A stretch of 62,981 nt of DNA, filler included, from Phoronis australis (taxonomy: Eukaryota; Animalia; Phoronida): the NCBI GenBank assembly GCA_002633005.1. It is 10 parts of 10 records of this genome, joined end to end, with 100 filler letters (N's around TTAATTAATTAA, not from the genome) between each part and the next. Parts side by side here need not be neighbours in the genome. Positions count along the whole stretch, not along the records: positions 11,109 to 18,412 come from NMRA01002037.1; positions 18,513 to 36,373 come from NMRA01000243.1; 8 more parts are not named here. One strand, 5' to 3'. The position numbers were made by a program, and so were the translations under genes. Positions 12,495 to 25,000 of this stretch are shown piece after piece. Numbering within the stretch: position 1 is the stretch's first letter; every line of letters begins with the position of its first letter. The notes under the pieces are model-generated. The model searched no databases. It was not told the origin of the DNA and worked only from the letters and a program-made list of their open reading frames with translations.

Positions 12495-13920
12495 TATATA
12501 ACAACAAAGTATGTCAACTGAGTCACATGAGCGAAGCGTGTGACGCTAGCGAGTGACACCTGCAAAATAGCATGAGAAGGTATCAGGTGAAATTTGTAAG
12601 ATTTGTGTCCCTTGGACTTTTTATTATCAACATACGTGAAATCACGTAACTTCCTCAAAATGGCACCCGGTAAGAGAAACTTGAGCAAACCGCGACAGAT
12701 TTTCATTGATTTGTTCAAATTATCTTGACTAAATTGTCTCCAGACCTATGGTATGAGTTGTTTATAAGTCCATGTGCATATATGCATGTTTCATTTGATT
12801 TTATTTCCTGTATTTTGAAATGAGTAACTTTTTGTGGGGATGTACTATCGACCCTGTATGCCTGCGGCTTCCAGGGCGATGTAATTGCCTAGCCTAGAGA
12901 TGTCCATCTACATTCAAAAGGCACACATAATGATGAGAATTAATTGTAGTTTTAATAATAGACTAGCCGAGATTAAGGACAATTTGCTGAAAAACTTCCG
13001 GGCTTTCCGGCACAATACTGTGAATACATGGCTGGGTTTACCACCGTCTATCACTCGGCACTTGCTACTGCGACTGCAAGTCTTTGAATTCAAAGTGAAA
13101 GTCAAATTAAGGACGAACACTGGGAATTTACAGAATTTACGCAATCATTTATAACTGAACGTCTAGGAGGTATTACAAAATTATTAGTAACCAGTATCAG
13201 TGAACACCTTACAAGAACTGTCAGCACTGGTCATTGTCGGTCAGTCTGACACCTGTCGCCTGTCTGCCGTGTCTGGTAGGTTCGTTCATTCGTAAAGTAA
13301 AAATGAATTGAAAAAGCTTACCAATACAACAAAAAGACCAGACGAGCGAGCACCAATGTTAGTCTTATACACCGTGACTTCATGGTTGTTCTAGATCACC
13401 TATGGGCGCCACAATATAAGCAAACATTACGGTCGTCTTCAACATTTTTCCTAACACTGAAGTCGTCCATGTTTCTCGTTCGACTGTCAAATGACGTGTG
13501 ACTACGAAAACGAGGCGGGAAACCCCTTCCGGGATTTCTTTCGGGTCATTCGTTGAACGATCTCTAGTTGCCGCATCGATGTTTATCAATTTAAACCATA
13601 TTAAAACCGTATTTTCGGTCACTAGGTTTGCGACATAAATCAATGGTTTATACCGTCTAATGCTATAATTTTACCGAATCCAATCTTAAAGGGTCGTAAA
13701 GCTATGCCGTCTGCCTCATCAGGTCTCGCGTCACGGGCGCCGCATTGAGACCTTCTTTAGTATGCATCACAATAGTATCCTACCGGGAATCTGCTTGATT
13801 AGTCCGAGGGATTTGCAATAAGTTTTGATGCATAAAATGTTCGTTATTTTGGCAAGACATTAGATTTTGGGATCGCGGTTTCACTCAAATGGCGGTATTG
13901 AGACATAGGGTGACTTAGTC

Positions 13921-13975
13921 TCAGGTCATGATTCTTTATGACTTTAAAAAGTCACCAACAAGAATCATGACCTGA
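13921..13975. repeat. Short hairpin (16-bp perfect arms)
   Basis: TCAGGTCATGATTCTT ... AAGAATCATGACCTGA with an inner GACTTT/AAAGTC pair. Confidence 0.7.
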
Positions 13976-14864
13976 AAAAACCCCTATTAGCGCTGTATGA
14001 AAGGACAGTTCACTGATTTCGAAAATACGCCCCCTTTTCCGACGCCCACTTTCATTTAACGTTTTTGAAAGGTCGTTCTCCGAATAACAGCCCATTGATC
14101 GCTAGGATATGTAGCGCTCGCTAATTCATAGAGGTGACTAAAATTTATACTGCCAAATGATAAATTATCAAGTCGCATAACTTAACTAAAAACAAAAGAA
14201 AGTCACGAATACCCGGACAGATGTGTGGTATCTGCTTTATTCCTTGTTTATCTAAACATTATCTTCGACATGTACAAGTATTTGTCGGTTATCTGGGTAG
14301 ATTTACATGACAACGAGATGTGTCCCCGTGGGAGAAACACTCCCCGCAACAGTTGGTTGAAGCCTATCGTTGCCCTAGTCCGCACACGTACGGTAAAAGG
14401 TGAGTCAAATAGGTATTTTAACTGATGTCACTATTTTATTGTTATTTTTGATATACCTGTCATATCTACATGCATGTATTCCGAGTGAACTGGCATTCAA
14501 CTACAGCCGCCATGTGGCTCTGTGTCAGAATAATGTTCATTGTTTGAAAGACTCAAACTCTGTCTAACTCTGCGAAAGGTCATCAGCTGTTGTAGTCAAA
14601 GGAGGCACATAGCGCCGAGCTGAATTTATCGTTTCGTGAATATTTTAGAATTTTTATCACCCGAAAAACTGTGGAGTGTAAACACAAATTTTCTGGTGAA
14701 AGTATCTCGCAATTTAAAATTTAGAAGCACACCACTGCGGCCTCAAATAAAATAAGTATTAGCGTTGTTCTCTTAAATTCCTAAAACTACGTGATGCCTT
14801 TTATTCGTTGACCGAGGTAGGAAAGATTATCTAATAATTTCTTTGCTTCCAGGAGCTCTACAAC

Positions 14865-17800
14865 ATGAGATCAATAGTCCTGACATGTGTTTTCTTCGCT
14901 GTTGCTGTCTGCGTCAGGTCTGCCAAATTTCTAATATTATACCTACTGATTAAATTCCATTAAAAGAAATGCAGTTCAGAAATTCTATAGTCAGTTCAAT
15001 CCCATTTTACTGACACGTGTATCAGAGAGCAATGCATTTTATTTCAACCACTTCTTTTTACGAAACTAGATCTCATCTTTTCCTCTTTTTGAAATACGGT
15101 GAAGTGTCTTGAAATGAAACCAACTGTAGCGGCGGGATATTGAATTTTTATTTTATCAAAATTTTCAACAGGAGCAAACAAGAAACCAATTTCACTTCAT
15201 TATTTGGAAACTTACACAATATGGCTGTCACCAGCAAACGCACGATGCATTTGTGAACATTTTGGCAGCACAGTGAGCGCTTAAAAAACGAAAAATAACA
15301 AATAAGGCCATTGTTTTTTTTTTCGAATTTGAAACTGTGCCGTAATTCAGATTTATTGATTTCCGGATTCTGGAGGAGTTTATAAAAAATGTCCTTCATC
15401 TTCAGCTCAGAAATCAAACCCTATAAAATGGCCAAATTTGAGCATCAATTTCACTAGGTGGTCCCCTGTGCCATTTTATTTTATTTTATTTTATATCTAT
15501 CCACATGTATTCAGCAGTCTGCCGCACANNNNNNNNNNNNNNNNNNNNNNNNNNNNNNNNNNNNNNNNNNNNNNNNNNNNNNNNNNNNNNNNNNNNNNNN
15601 NNNNNNNNNNNNNNNNNNNNNNNNNNNNNNNNNNNNNNNNNNNNNNNNNNNNNNNNNNNNNNNNNNNNNNNNNNNNNNNNNNNNNNNNNNNNNNNNNNNN
15701 NNNNNNNNNNNNNNNNNNNNNNNNNNNNNNNNNNNNNNNNNNNNNNNNNNNNNNNNNNNNNNNNNNNNNNNNNNNNNNNNNNNNNNNNNNNNNNNNNNNN
15801 NNNNNNNNNNNNNNNNNNNNNNNNNNNNNNNNNNNNNNNNNNNNNNNNNNNNNNNNNNNNNNNNNNNNNNNNNNNNNNNNNNNNNNNNNNNNNNNNNNNN
15901 NNNNNNNNNNNNNNNNNNNNNNNNNNNNNNNNNNNNNNNNNNNNNNNNNNNNNNNNNNNNNNNNNNNNNNNNNNNNNNNNNNNNNNNNNNNNNNNNNNNN
16001 NNNNNNNNNNNNNNNNNCCTTCGTAGGTTTCAGTTGGTAAGTGATTTACTGAAAGCCAGTTGAACGAGACAATCTCCTGAACCCAAGACATCGAGTGCGA
16101 ACAAAATAAAACTAAGGCGGAGTTCTAGTTTTGAGATAAGATTATCCTACAAGTTATCAAAGCACCAATGTTCAATTTCTGTTGTAAGAACTTTTCACGG
16201 TGTAAGCCATTCACGTCTGCCAAAACAGAGAAAAGCTTTCAATCTACCAGAATAACGTTGAGTTTTAGCGTCACGTTACAGTTGCGATGTCGATAACGTC
16301 TTTTTAAAGCTTCTTAGCGACGTACCATACGTGCTGATGTTCTCCCGCGGTGACAAGAATGCCGATGGCGAAATGACCGAGGACGAATTTGACCAGACGT
16401 TTCAATTATTTGACCTCAATGGTAAGGACAAATGGATCACGTGGGTATAATTGAACTAAATGATTCTAACAAATGTAAATGACTTACACTCCCCAAAACT
16501 TCGATCCTTTGATAAGGTGTTATTTCAAAGAAGCGCTGAATAACCAAAATTGTGGCTATTATGGCGTTATTTTGATACATCTCACTTTTATCAAGTAGTA
16601 CGAGAAGCACGTCTTCCCAATTGTCTTTTTAAACATAACTAGTATCCACGTTGAATGCAAAAATATTTTTGACTATGACCAAAGTGTACTTAGAACCAAT
16701 ATATAACATTGCGCAAGTTAAGAAGTTCAAAACAATTTGGGCATGAAAAATTCTAAACTAATACCACACCAGGAGACGGTACGGTGGACGCCGGAGAGTT
16801 TGTTAAACTCTGGGTCACGAGGCGCTACAATGACGTCGCCACAACCAAACGCCTCTATGGAAAGCTTGACGTCAATAGCGACGATCGTCTGGACAAGAAA
16901 AGTGACTTGCGATCTCTCTTCCTGGCACTCGATATAAGCAGTAAGTAGATGGCGCTATTATTCACAATGTTGTTTTGTTAATTCAAACATTTTTAGTCGA
17001 TGTGGATTTTTCAGTCTTTTCAATCTTTTTTTCTTGCACTTTCTCTGTCGTCATTAGTGAACTTTCGAAAGCACCGTGTCAATATGTCACGCGGTCGTTT
17101 GAATTTTATTTAGTCAATAACAGGTCCAATACAACGGGCTGGTGTGCTTTGTGGTCGTGGAACCGTGAATATCAAGAATAAAGACATCAAGTTGGCCTGG
17201 CGCGAACTTGTCTCTTTTCTTAGTGGAATATGCACTTAACCAAACATCTACAAAACTATATTACGTAACTCTGCAAAAGTACATATTTTCGGAAAGCAGA
17301 AATTCTGTAAAATTGTATTTTTTTTTGATTTTACACCAGTCTTCCATCAATTTTGTCACGTGACCATGTTTTTAAAAAAAATAGTAAAAATAAACGTACA
17401 CTCATAGTAAAACAATAGGATCAATAAATGAACAAATTTTTGTACGATATAAATGTTCAAGATATAACCTCAAAAAGGCCTATAGTTTTCTCAAATTATC
17501 GTTTCGTTTTATGTACCCTTTTTAATAAAAATAATACATGTTCTGTTTTAATAGCACCTGATGCAAAAGTGGAAAATATATAACAAACCGTAACAGCGGA
17601 GTTTTAGAGAACAGTGAATAAAGCACGAGTTCGAAAATTTCATTTGAATCCAACCAGCCACTTGTGCGATGTGATGCTCCGAACTTGGCCAAAATTGGAC
17701 ATTTTTCTGACGTGTATAGATCAGTCTCAACGGACGTGAACATGTTTCATACAAGTTTTCAACATTTTCAGAGGACGGCAAGGTGACACAAGGAGAATTT

Positions 17801-18299
17801 GTTGAAGGGTGGGCAAAGGTAGGTACACGTAGACAAATCACATTAGTCGGATGTTTAGTGGTGACGTGTCATGGCAGCAGATGAGGCAATTTGGACCCCG
17901 GAAATAACAATAGACATGCGTTGCAGTGGGTCCAAAACATCATAAACATAGACATCATCATTAAGATGTCTATGGTCATAAATGACGTCATATTTAACAT
18001 TTCAATTGTATAGAATCTGACTACATCTGATATCGACGACTATCAAATGTTCTGAATGTTAATACTACAAGCCGACTCAAATAAAAAACAGGCCTAAATC
18101 TTGACACGTGTGCATGCTTGGAGACTGGGCTTGGTCTATGGAATACGAGTGCTCGTTGGAAGTGTAAGATGGAGTCTGAAGGATGAGGATGTAACATCTA
18201 CGTAAATATTTATACCGTCGAAAACTCAACGACTGACACACCGATGTACAGTATATGTTCTTGTTTCAGGTCGTGGCGTCCATCTCAAGGAGACCTTGA
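14865..18299 (+). CDS. Secreted EF-hand calcium-binding protein, 145 aa; exons 14865-14917, 16282-16421, 16773-16940, 17772-17818, 18270-18299
   Basis: All introns are GT-AG with matching phases (2,1,1,0). Spliced product: MRSIVLTCVFFAVAVCVSCDVDNVFLKLLSDVPYVLMFSRGDKNADGEMTEDEFDQTFQLFDLNGDGTVDAGEFVKLWVTRRYNDVATTKRLYGKLDVNSDDRLDKKSDLRSLFLALDISKDGKVTQGEFVEGWAKVVASISRRP*. It has a hydrophobic N-terminal signal peptide and four EF-hand-like loops. Confidence 0.88.
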
Positions 18300-18346
18300 A
18301 GCCCCATACTGCTTGTAACCATACAATGACTTTATTTAACTGACGA

Positions 18347-18352
18347 AATAAA
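18347..18352 (+). terminator. Polyadenylation signal of the EF-hand gene
   Basis: AATAAA about 48 nt after the TGA stop. Confidence 0.6.
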
Positions 18353-18512
18353 AATGAGCGAGCACCTGCACTGTATTAATTAACGTTTTAATAAGAAACG
18401 GTGAAAAGGCAANNNNNNNNNNNNNNNNNNNNNNNNNNNNNNNNNNNNNNNNNNNNTTAATTAATTAANNNNNNNNNNNNNNNNNNNNNNNNNNNNNNNN
18501 NNNNNNNNNNNN

Positions 18513-18699
18513 ATGTGCCAAATTTCATGAACGTATGTCAAAGGGTTTTGGAGATAGAGCAGCGGACGCCGGACGCCAGACGCCGGACACCGGACGCCGG
18601 ACGGACGCCGCCCGGACGGACGGACGGACGGACGGACGGACGGACGGACAGAGATGACGGCATAATGCGTCCACATATAAATATGTGGGCGCATAAAAA
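18513..18699 (-). mobile_element. 5' end of a second HINE-like element copy (same family as 9628-10950), cut by the scaffold edge
   Basis: Near-identical reverse complement of 9628-9765 with expanded (GGAC)n and GGACGCC repeats. Confidence 0.85.
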
Positions 18700-18861
18700 T
18701 GCTTACAAAGTAACCAGACATTGATACAATGTTCGAGCTTGTTGAGAGTATTTCACTTTAGTTGAGTGTACGCACAGGAATCAGCACGGCCGCTTAAGGT
18801 CCCGATGTTGATTGAGCTCTCATTCGATGAGTATTTTGAAGGCGGAACCTTAGGATTCTCA

Positions 18862-19030
18862 GGCTACAAGTTTGAGCCAGAGTTTACTGGAGAGGTTCCG
18901 CGATCGACGGTGAGCAAGAAACACGGCAAGCGGAAGAGCTAGGCACTTGACCGATTGGACAACTTGTTATAATGCAAATGTGCGAACTGTGGAGCCTTTT
19001 TGCGAAGAACCACAGATGTGTGTGAAGGAA
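18862..19030 (+). pseudogene. Degenerate P2X7-C-terminus-like (Kolobok second ORF, KolX-type) fragment
   Basis: GYKFEPEF ... DRLDNLL*CKCANC resembles the PYxFEP...RLxNxxWCxCxNC pattern; contains stops and frameshifts. Confidence 0.4.
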
Positions 19031-20314
19031 CAACCAAATTCTGCAGCTCGTCTAAATAGAGGGGTGCCAATAACATTTTTCAGAGGCTTGGAAAAAAATA
19101 AAGAAAACATCCTTCGGATAGAGGTTCAAACAGAAGTCAAACCAACGAGTAAGTCATCAACTAATTGGTAAAAACAAGTATTATGACTAGGACCATAAAT
19201 GTTTACCTATAGCCTGCGCAGTACATTAAACTTCATATGGACATGGCCAACATGGATTGATACCAAGTGATAAATAGTACATAGTGTTATTTTCTCTTTC
19301 ATCGTCGACATCGTTTTTGATGACTTTATGATTCATTTAAAATTCGACAATAAGTACTTTGAATTCGGGTTTGTACTTGCATGATTCAGACCCAATTGGA
19401 TGATCAAATTTCAAGGGCTCATCGACAAACTCAATTTCTCCCTCACCGCAAACTCTGCCTCTGGTTGCCACCAATTTACTGCTTGGTGTTTACGGGGATA
19501 TGGCAGGGGAGAATTGTAAATTGAAATCACTGTCAACAAAATGCCGATCGGAAACCTTTAGGTGATTCACTGCGTCATGCTTAGAATTGATAGGAAATTT
19601 TTCATTTTTAAGAAGTCGCGAGCTAATTCCGACGCATTTCGGGATCTCGATGAAGCCGAAAAAGGACACCTCCGCTTCCTACGCAGCTTCATGATCGGTA
19701 AAACGGGAACAATACACCAAATTCTAGCACAATCCATCAACACACACACAGAGACAGATCCGATGACATAATCGCATAGTGTACTCACTTTCTTCACCGG
19801 TTTATGAGACATCTCTCGGCTCGGTAAGATCGACCGAAAATGTAGATACCAACCGATTAAAATAGTAAAATAACGAGATAAATCGGCTGGCATTAGCCTT
19901 TAACTCTTGAGCTAGTGTTTATTACTTGTGGAACTAGGTGATCGAGTCCGTTAGTTTTGTTTGGAATAGAGAGGACACACAGAAACTCCCCCAGTACCGC
20001 GTCAAGACACCAAAAGTTCACCAAGGCCGAACTACGATTGGGCCCGCCACCACCAAACTTTGCTCAGTTCTTTTTATTACTTGAAACTTAAAAAATACCC
20101 AAACTGAGTAATTCATGATGTTTGGAGACCTCCGAAACCTACTTAACCTAAAGTAGGTGTCACTCGAAATCTTGAACACTCCTTTCTCATTTTTGCTAGT
20201 AGTACAATGGAAACCGTGACAACCAATAATTTTTAGGGAAAATTGCGATCCAATTTACGGAAAATAAGGGAAAATTCTAAGATTCTCACGTAGCATTCTC
20301 GAAAAAGCACTCAA

Positions 20315-20575
20315 TCTATGGAGTGTTTGCATATGACGTCACCAATTGGGTCATCTGTCATGTTGGAGGACAAATATTTCAGTATGTTGTTGGCTAGTAA
20401 AGCAAAGAGACATTTTTAGTTGAATTTTTTGCATAATTTACTCAGTATCATGGTGAATTTTTGTCCAAAAGTTGTCTGCCCGAGCATGGGTGATAAATAC
20501 GTTACGCCGTTCTACAGTCTTCCAATAGTTATTGGCAATTAAGAGGAAATGACAGAAGAGTTGCCTCGGAATAGG
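20315..20575 (+). mobile_element. Terminal fragment of a THAP-transposase element with a decayed THAP N-terminus
   Basis: End-like GTGTTTGCATATGACGTCAC...CATGTTGGAGGACAAA, then ATG at 20450: MVNFCPKVVC...FYSLPIVIGN*EEMTEELPRNR, similar to the THAP start at 54256. Confidence 0.5.
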
Positions 20576-21952
20576 GCGGTCGAACCAAAACTTTTGTTTT
20601 TGAAGTTGAAGAAATTCTTCAATATCATCGGAAACATAATGCCTCCCACAGGCAGTACAAAGTTATTGCAACTTAAGTGGCTTAATTTGGATTACTTGTT
20701 TGCATCAGGTCGTCAATCTTCGACGATAGCGTAGCGGCATATGTTACGCGTTTAAAACTTTATAAATTCTTTTCACAAACATTCTACAGATTAATTTAGT
20801 GAGGCGTATCTTTTACCTACTATTGTGTACGATTCAATATATCTTCACCTGGATTAGACTAAGTCACGCAGGTGTTACTTATCATTAATAAATGATAAAG
20901 GGCCCACAATGCCGGCACCGACACCATGGCGACTTTAGCTGAACTGAAAGTCATATTAAACAGGCTACTTTGTAATACAAATAAAGTCAAAAATCAAATT
21001 CTAATGGTTTTCTACTTTCAGAACAGGTCCTACATAACCTTGAACATTTTTCTTTGTGTTTCATTGTGATGCCCGTCGTGTTTTCTATGAAATACGAAAA
21101 ATAGAATCACATGAGAACGCACAATCAACCTGAAAAGTGCGCCAATTTCAAACTCACGACTGCATTCTACAGAAGATTAGATTGCGTTTACGTTATTTTG
21201 TTAGAATTGTGAAATAAGTTTAGTTCATGTGAGTATTCTTAAGACTAGAAGTTTCAAATTTACCGGTGTAGGTCTACCGCGAATTACGTCACACTTTAAC
21301 GTCTACACTTGTTTTTGCTGATAGTATTACGCCATTTTGAGATTTGATATCGCGCGCTACTATTTAGGGCCGTAAATAGCGCCAAATTAACAAAACAACT
21401 GCAATGTTTTATGCATTAGTTAGTGTCAAACAACGACTGCCCTGCGTCTTTGTGACAAACTGCGTCGAACACCCTCAAGTGCATGAAAACAACGGTAAGT
21501 GTAAAATGACGCTGTGTCCGGCCCACACGTATTTGAAGAGGCATTCGGAAATTCTCTGAATAACGATTACGTATGTTCGAATTAAAATAAATGATGTAGA
21601 TACGACAATGACCGCTTAGCCGTAAAAATGTGAATTTCAAAGTCCTATGTGGAGATTTGTCAAACTTCCGCAGACGTGAACGATTTCACACGAAGCTTTT
21701 AGGATTCTGTACCATTGAAATACGTCGGAGTGTAATACAGTTGGCCAACCTGGGTATTTACGTGTAACTTGAGTGTCAAAAAAGACTTCGTTGTGTAATT
21801 AAACATTTGGATGTCGAATTGAGGACATCTTTCAATGAGCATGTCAATACTGACGCAGCATTTGAAATCTGAAGTATGTGGGTGTGAAAAATCTCAAAGT
21901 TCAAGCTAGTTTTGAAGTGGTAGCGCGTATTGGGTTGTTTTTGCCGACATAC

Positions 21953-22037
21953 CTTTGTTGTCACAAATCTCTTCGTCCACCGACTCGTCACAGTCGTTGT
22001 CAATTTGATCACCGATGACAGAGTTACTGACGACACA
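21953..22037 (-). CDS. Repeat exon CVVSNSVIGDQIDNDCDESVDEEICDNK
   Basis: 85 bp, phase 0-1, with TTTACAG| and |GTATGT boundaries; not shown in this frame in the ORF track. Confidence 0.85.
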
Positions 22038-25000
22038 CTGTAAACGGGTAAAAGCAACTTGTAACGTGGTACTACCGTTATGTACAAAATTGTTGCGCTA
22101 ATTAGACGGAATATAAAACAATGCCGGATTCATGCTTGCTGAAACACTAATCGTTCCAAAATGAAAGTGGGTCAATATATCTAGAGATGAGAACTTTTTG
22201 TGTACAGTGTCTGTCAATTAGACTGTCGAAAAGGTTTTTCTACGTTTCGAGGTATGAACTGACATAATGGGATGTATTTTAGGTTGAGCGCGTAGTAATA
22301 CATTGGATTTAATGTCCAAATCTTATAAATAGAATTGTAGTTGCCACATGAAATTAATAATCCAACACTTTCAATCTTCTTTTCTTCATAATCTACGCAT
22401 TGAGAAATAGAACGACTTTATTTTGTATCCACACGAATAGGTGCACTTGAGCCTTTTGAGTTTTCTGAACCTTAACACACAGTTTCTAGAATGTGGAATC
22501 ACAATCCCTGCGGATCTCGAAATGGACAATTGAGGGGGCTCCCGAAAGACTTTGAGAGAGTAAAATTTTGAAACGCTGTACAAAGCACCGAACATAATAT
22601 CCAGCACAACGTAGGAGGCTACGAAACCGCTATGGCCCACAACCAGATATTAACTGTCAATGGGTTACTTAAATTAAATCATTGAAACAAAACGATGCTT
22701 CTTTATCTTCACCAATCCCCAAGTCTGCAAAATGAGCAAGCTTGACTAATACTTGAGACGAGTTTTGTCGGAAAAACCGCTCCCCCAAAAAAACATGATC
22801 ACTAAGAGACGAAATGCGAAGGTGGTTCAGCCGAATACTGCTTATGAGCCTTACGGGAACGAAGCGTGAATGAAATGATTCACACAAGGTTCAGGATAAT
22901 TTTAAGAAAGCTAATCCAAAATTTACCTTAGGTTTAAAACAATCCTCATCAATAAAACCATCGCTATCGTTGTCCACGCCATCGCAACTTTCTTCGTCCA
23001 CGTTTCCATCACAATCATTATCGACTCCGTCTCCTGGTGAAGACGTAGTCCTTTTGCACTGAAAACAATGGAATTTTTGGCTCAAAAACCTCGACAACTT
23101 TTGTTGCACTGACATTTGGCATATTAATAGTAACGAAATGGAACAACGAAGTAAATATCGTGAAACCTGTTCAACGATTCACATTGCACTTAAAAAAAAC
23201 GTTACAATAAGCCACCAAATAACAAGGTAAGAAATAAAAAAATTGCTTCTCAGGTAATTGAACTAACCGATGGTACATGGCAGTCCTCGTCAACCAACCC
23301 GTCACCGTCATTGTCTGAAAAATCAATTCATTACACGTCATTCAGCGAATATTCACTATATCAACAAAGAGAAAATTTGATTTCTCTATCACAGACGGCA
23401 ATACCACTGTCAACAATCATAATTTACTAAAGAATAGCAGTTTTACCACTGGCGCAGAAACAATCCAGCAACACTTCAGAATTAAGATCAGCTAAAAACC
23501 CTGTAATGTTAAATCAGGTAATCCCCACATTTTAAGGCCACCAGATGCATTTTACCCGACACGAACCTCTGATCTCTATTCGTCGCCAATTCCTGCGATC
23601 ACTGCAACTGAGAAAATGGTGCTCTTAGGCAAAATTTAGAAGAAACTCCGACGTACCTCTTACGAAGCACAGTTCGTCGAGATGGGGAATTGAACACACC
23701 ACCTAACGGAATCGGTTGCGCATCTACTGCTTTGACCGTTAGACCACTGAACAACCGACTATAATTAGCAGTATTGAGATTCAATCTTACCAGATTGAAT
23801 CCGGTTACGTGGGAACGAACCTTTTGCCGGGACTTACCTTGAGAGTCGCACTCTTCTTCGTCGATGCTTCCGTCACAGTCGTTGTCCACATTGTCGCCTA
23901 GTTGCGAATCAGTCTTCACGCACAGGTTCACGGCCTTCAGTTGCAAACCAATGGGGAATCCATAGCTCTCACGATCAGCAGATCCGTACAACCAGGCACA
24001 GAAAGTGACCGACGGTGAAATGTGACGGAAGCTATGAACACTGCTACTGTTTACTGTGACATAACCTCCGACGAAGTTCGTTGACGGGACGGGAGAAAGA
24101 GAAGCAGAGAGTTTTTTGCCGTCCAATATGAGCCCGTCTTTTTGCGACTCTTCCACGACGAACAATAGTCGATTGGTGTAATCGCCACCTTTGTCTCCAC
24201 CGGAGTAGTGTGGAGCAACGAAGTGGTAGTCTCTACTCCATTGTGATACCGGCGGTACGAGCATCATGGAGGGATCGGCCGGCTCGCTGATGCTCAGCTG
24301 ACTGTACACGATTTGGACAACCATGACAGGGGCACTGGCTTCGATGTAGTGGTTTCGGGAAGAGCTGAGTACGCGTTCAAAAACGCGTCCCGCCTTACTG
24401 ATAGTAAAGTTGCCCTCGCCTGCAATGTGCACCACCGTGTTATCCTGACTGGCAACAATGCGGAACACATCTCCGGTAGAACGACCAGGGATCGGCACTG
24501 CCGCAAATCTTTTGCCNATGGCAGTCCTCGTCAACCAACCCGTCGCCGTCATTGTCTGAAAAAATCAATTCATTGCACGTCTTTCAGCGAATATGCACTC
24601 TATCAACAAAGCGCAAATTCGATTTCTATATATCCGACATCATTAGCACTGTGAACAATCATAATTTACTAAAGAATAGCAGTTTTACCATTGGCGCAGC
24701 AACAATACAGCAGCACTTCAGAATTAACTTCATTTAAAAACCCTGTAATGTAAAATCAGGTAACCCCCACATTTTAAGACCACCTGATGCATTTTACCAG
24801 CCGCGACCCACTGATCTCTATTTGTTACCAATTCCTGCGACCACTGCAACTGAGAAAATGGTGCTCTGAGGCAGCATCTACAAGAAACTCCGCCGTACCT
24901 CTTACTAAGCACAGTTCGTCGAGACGGGGAGTTGAACACACCACCTAACGGAATCGGTTGCGCATCAACTGCTTTGACCGTTAGACCACTGAACAACCGA

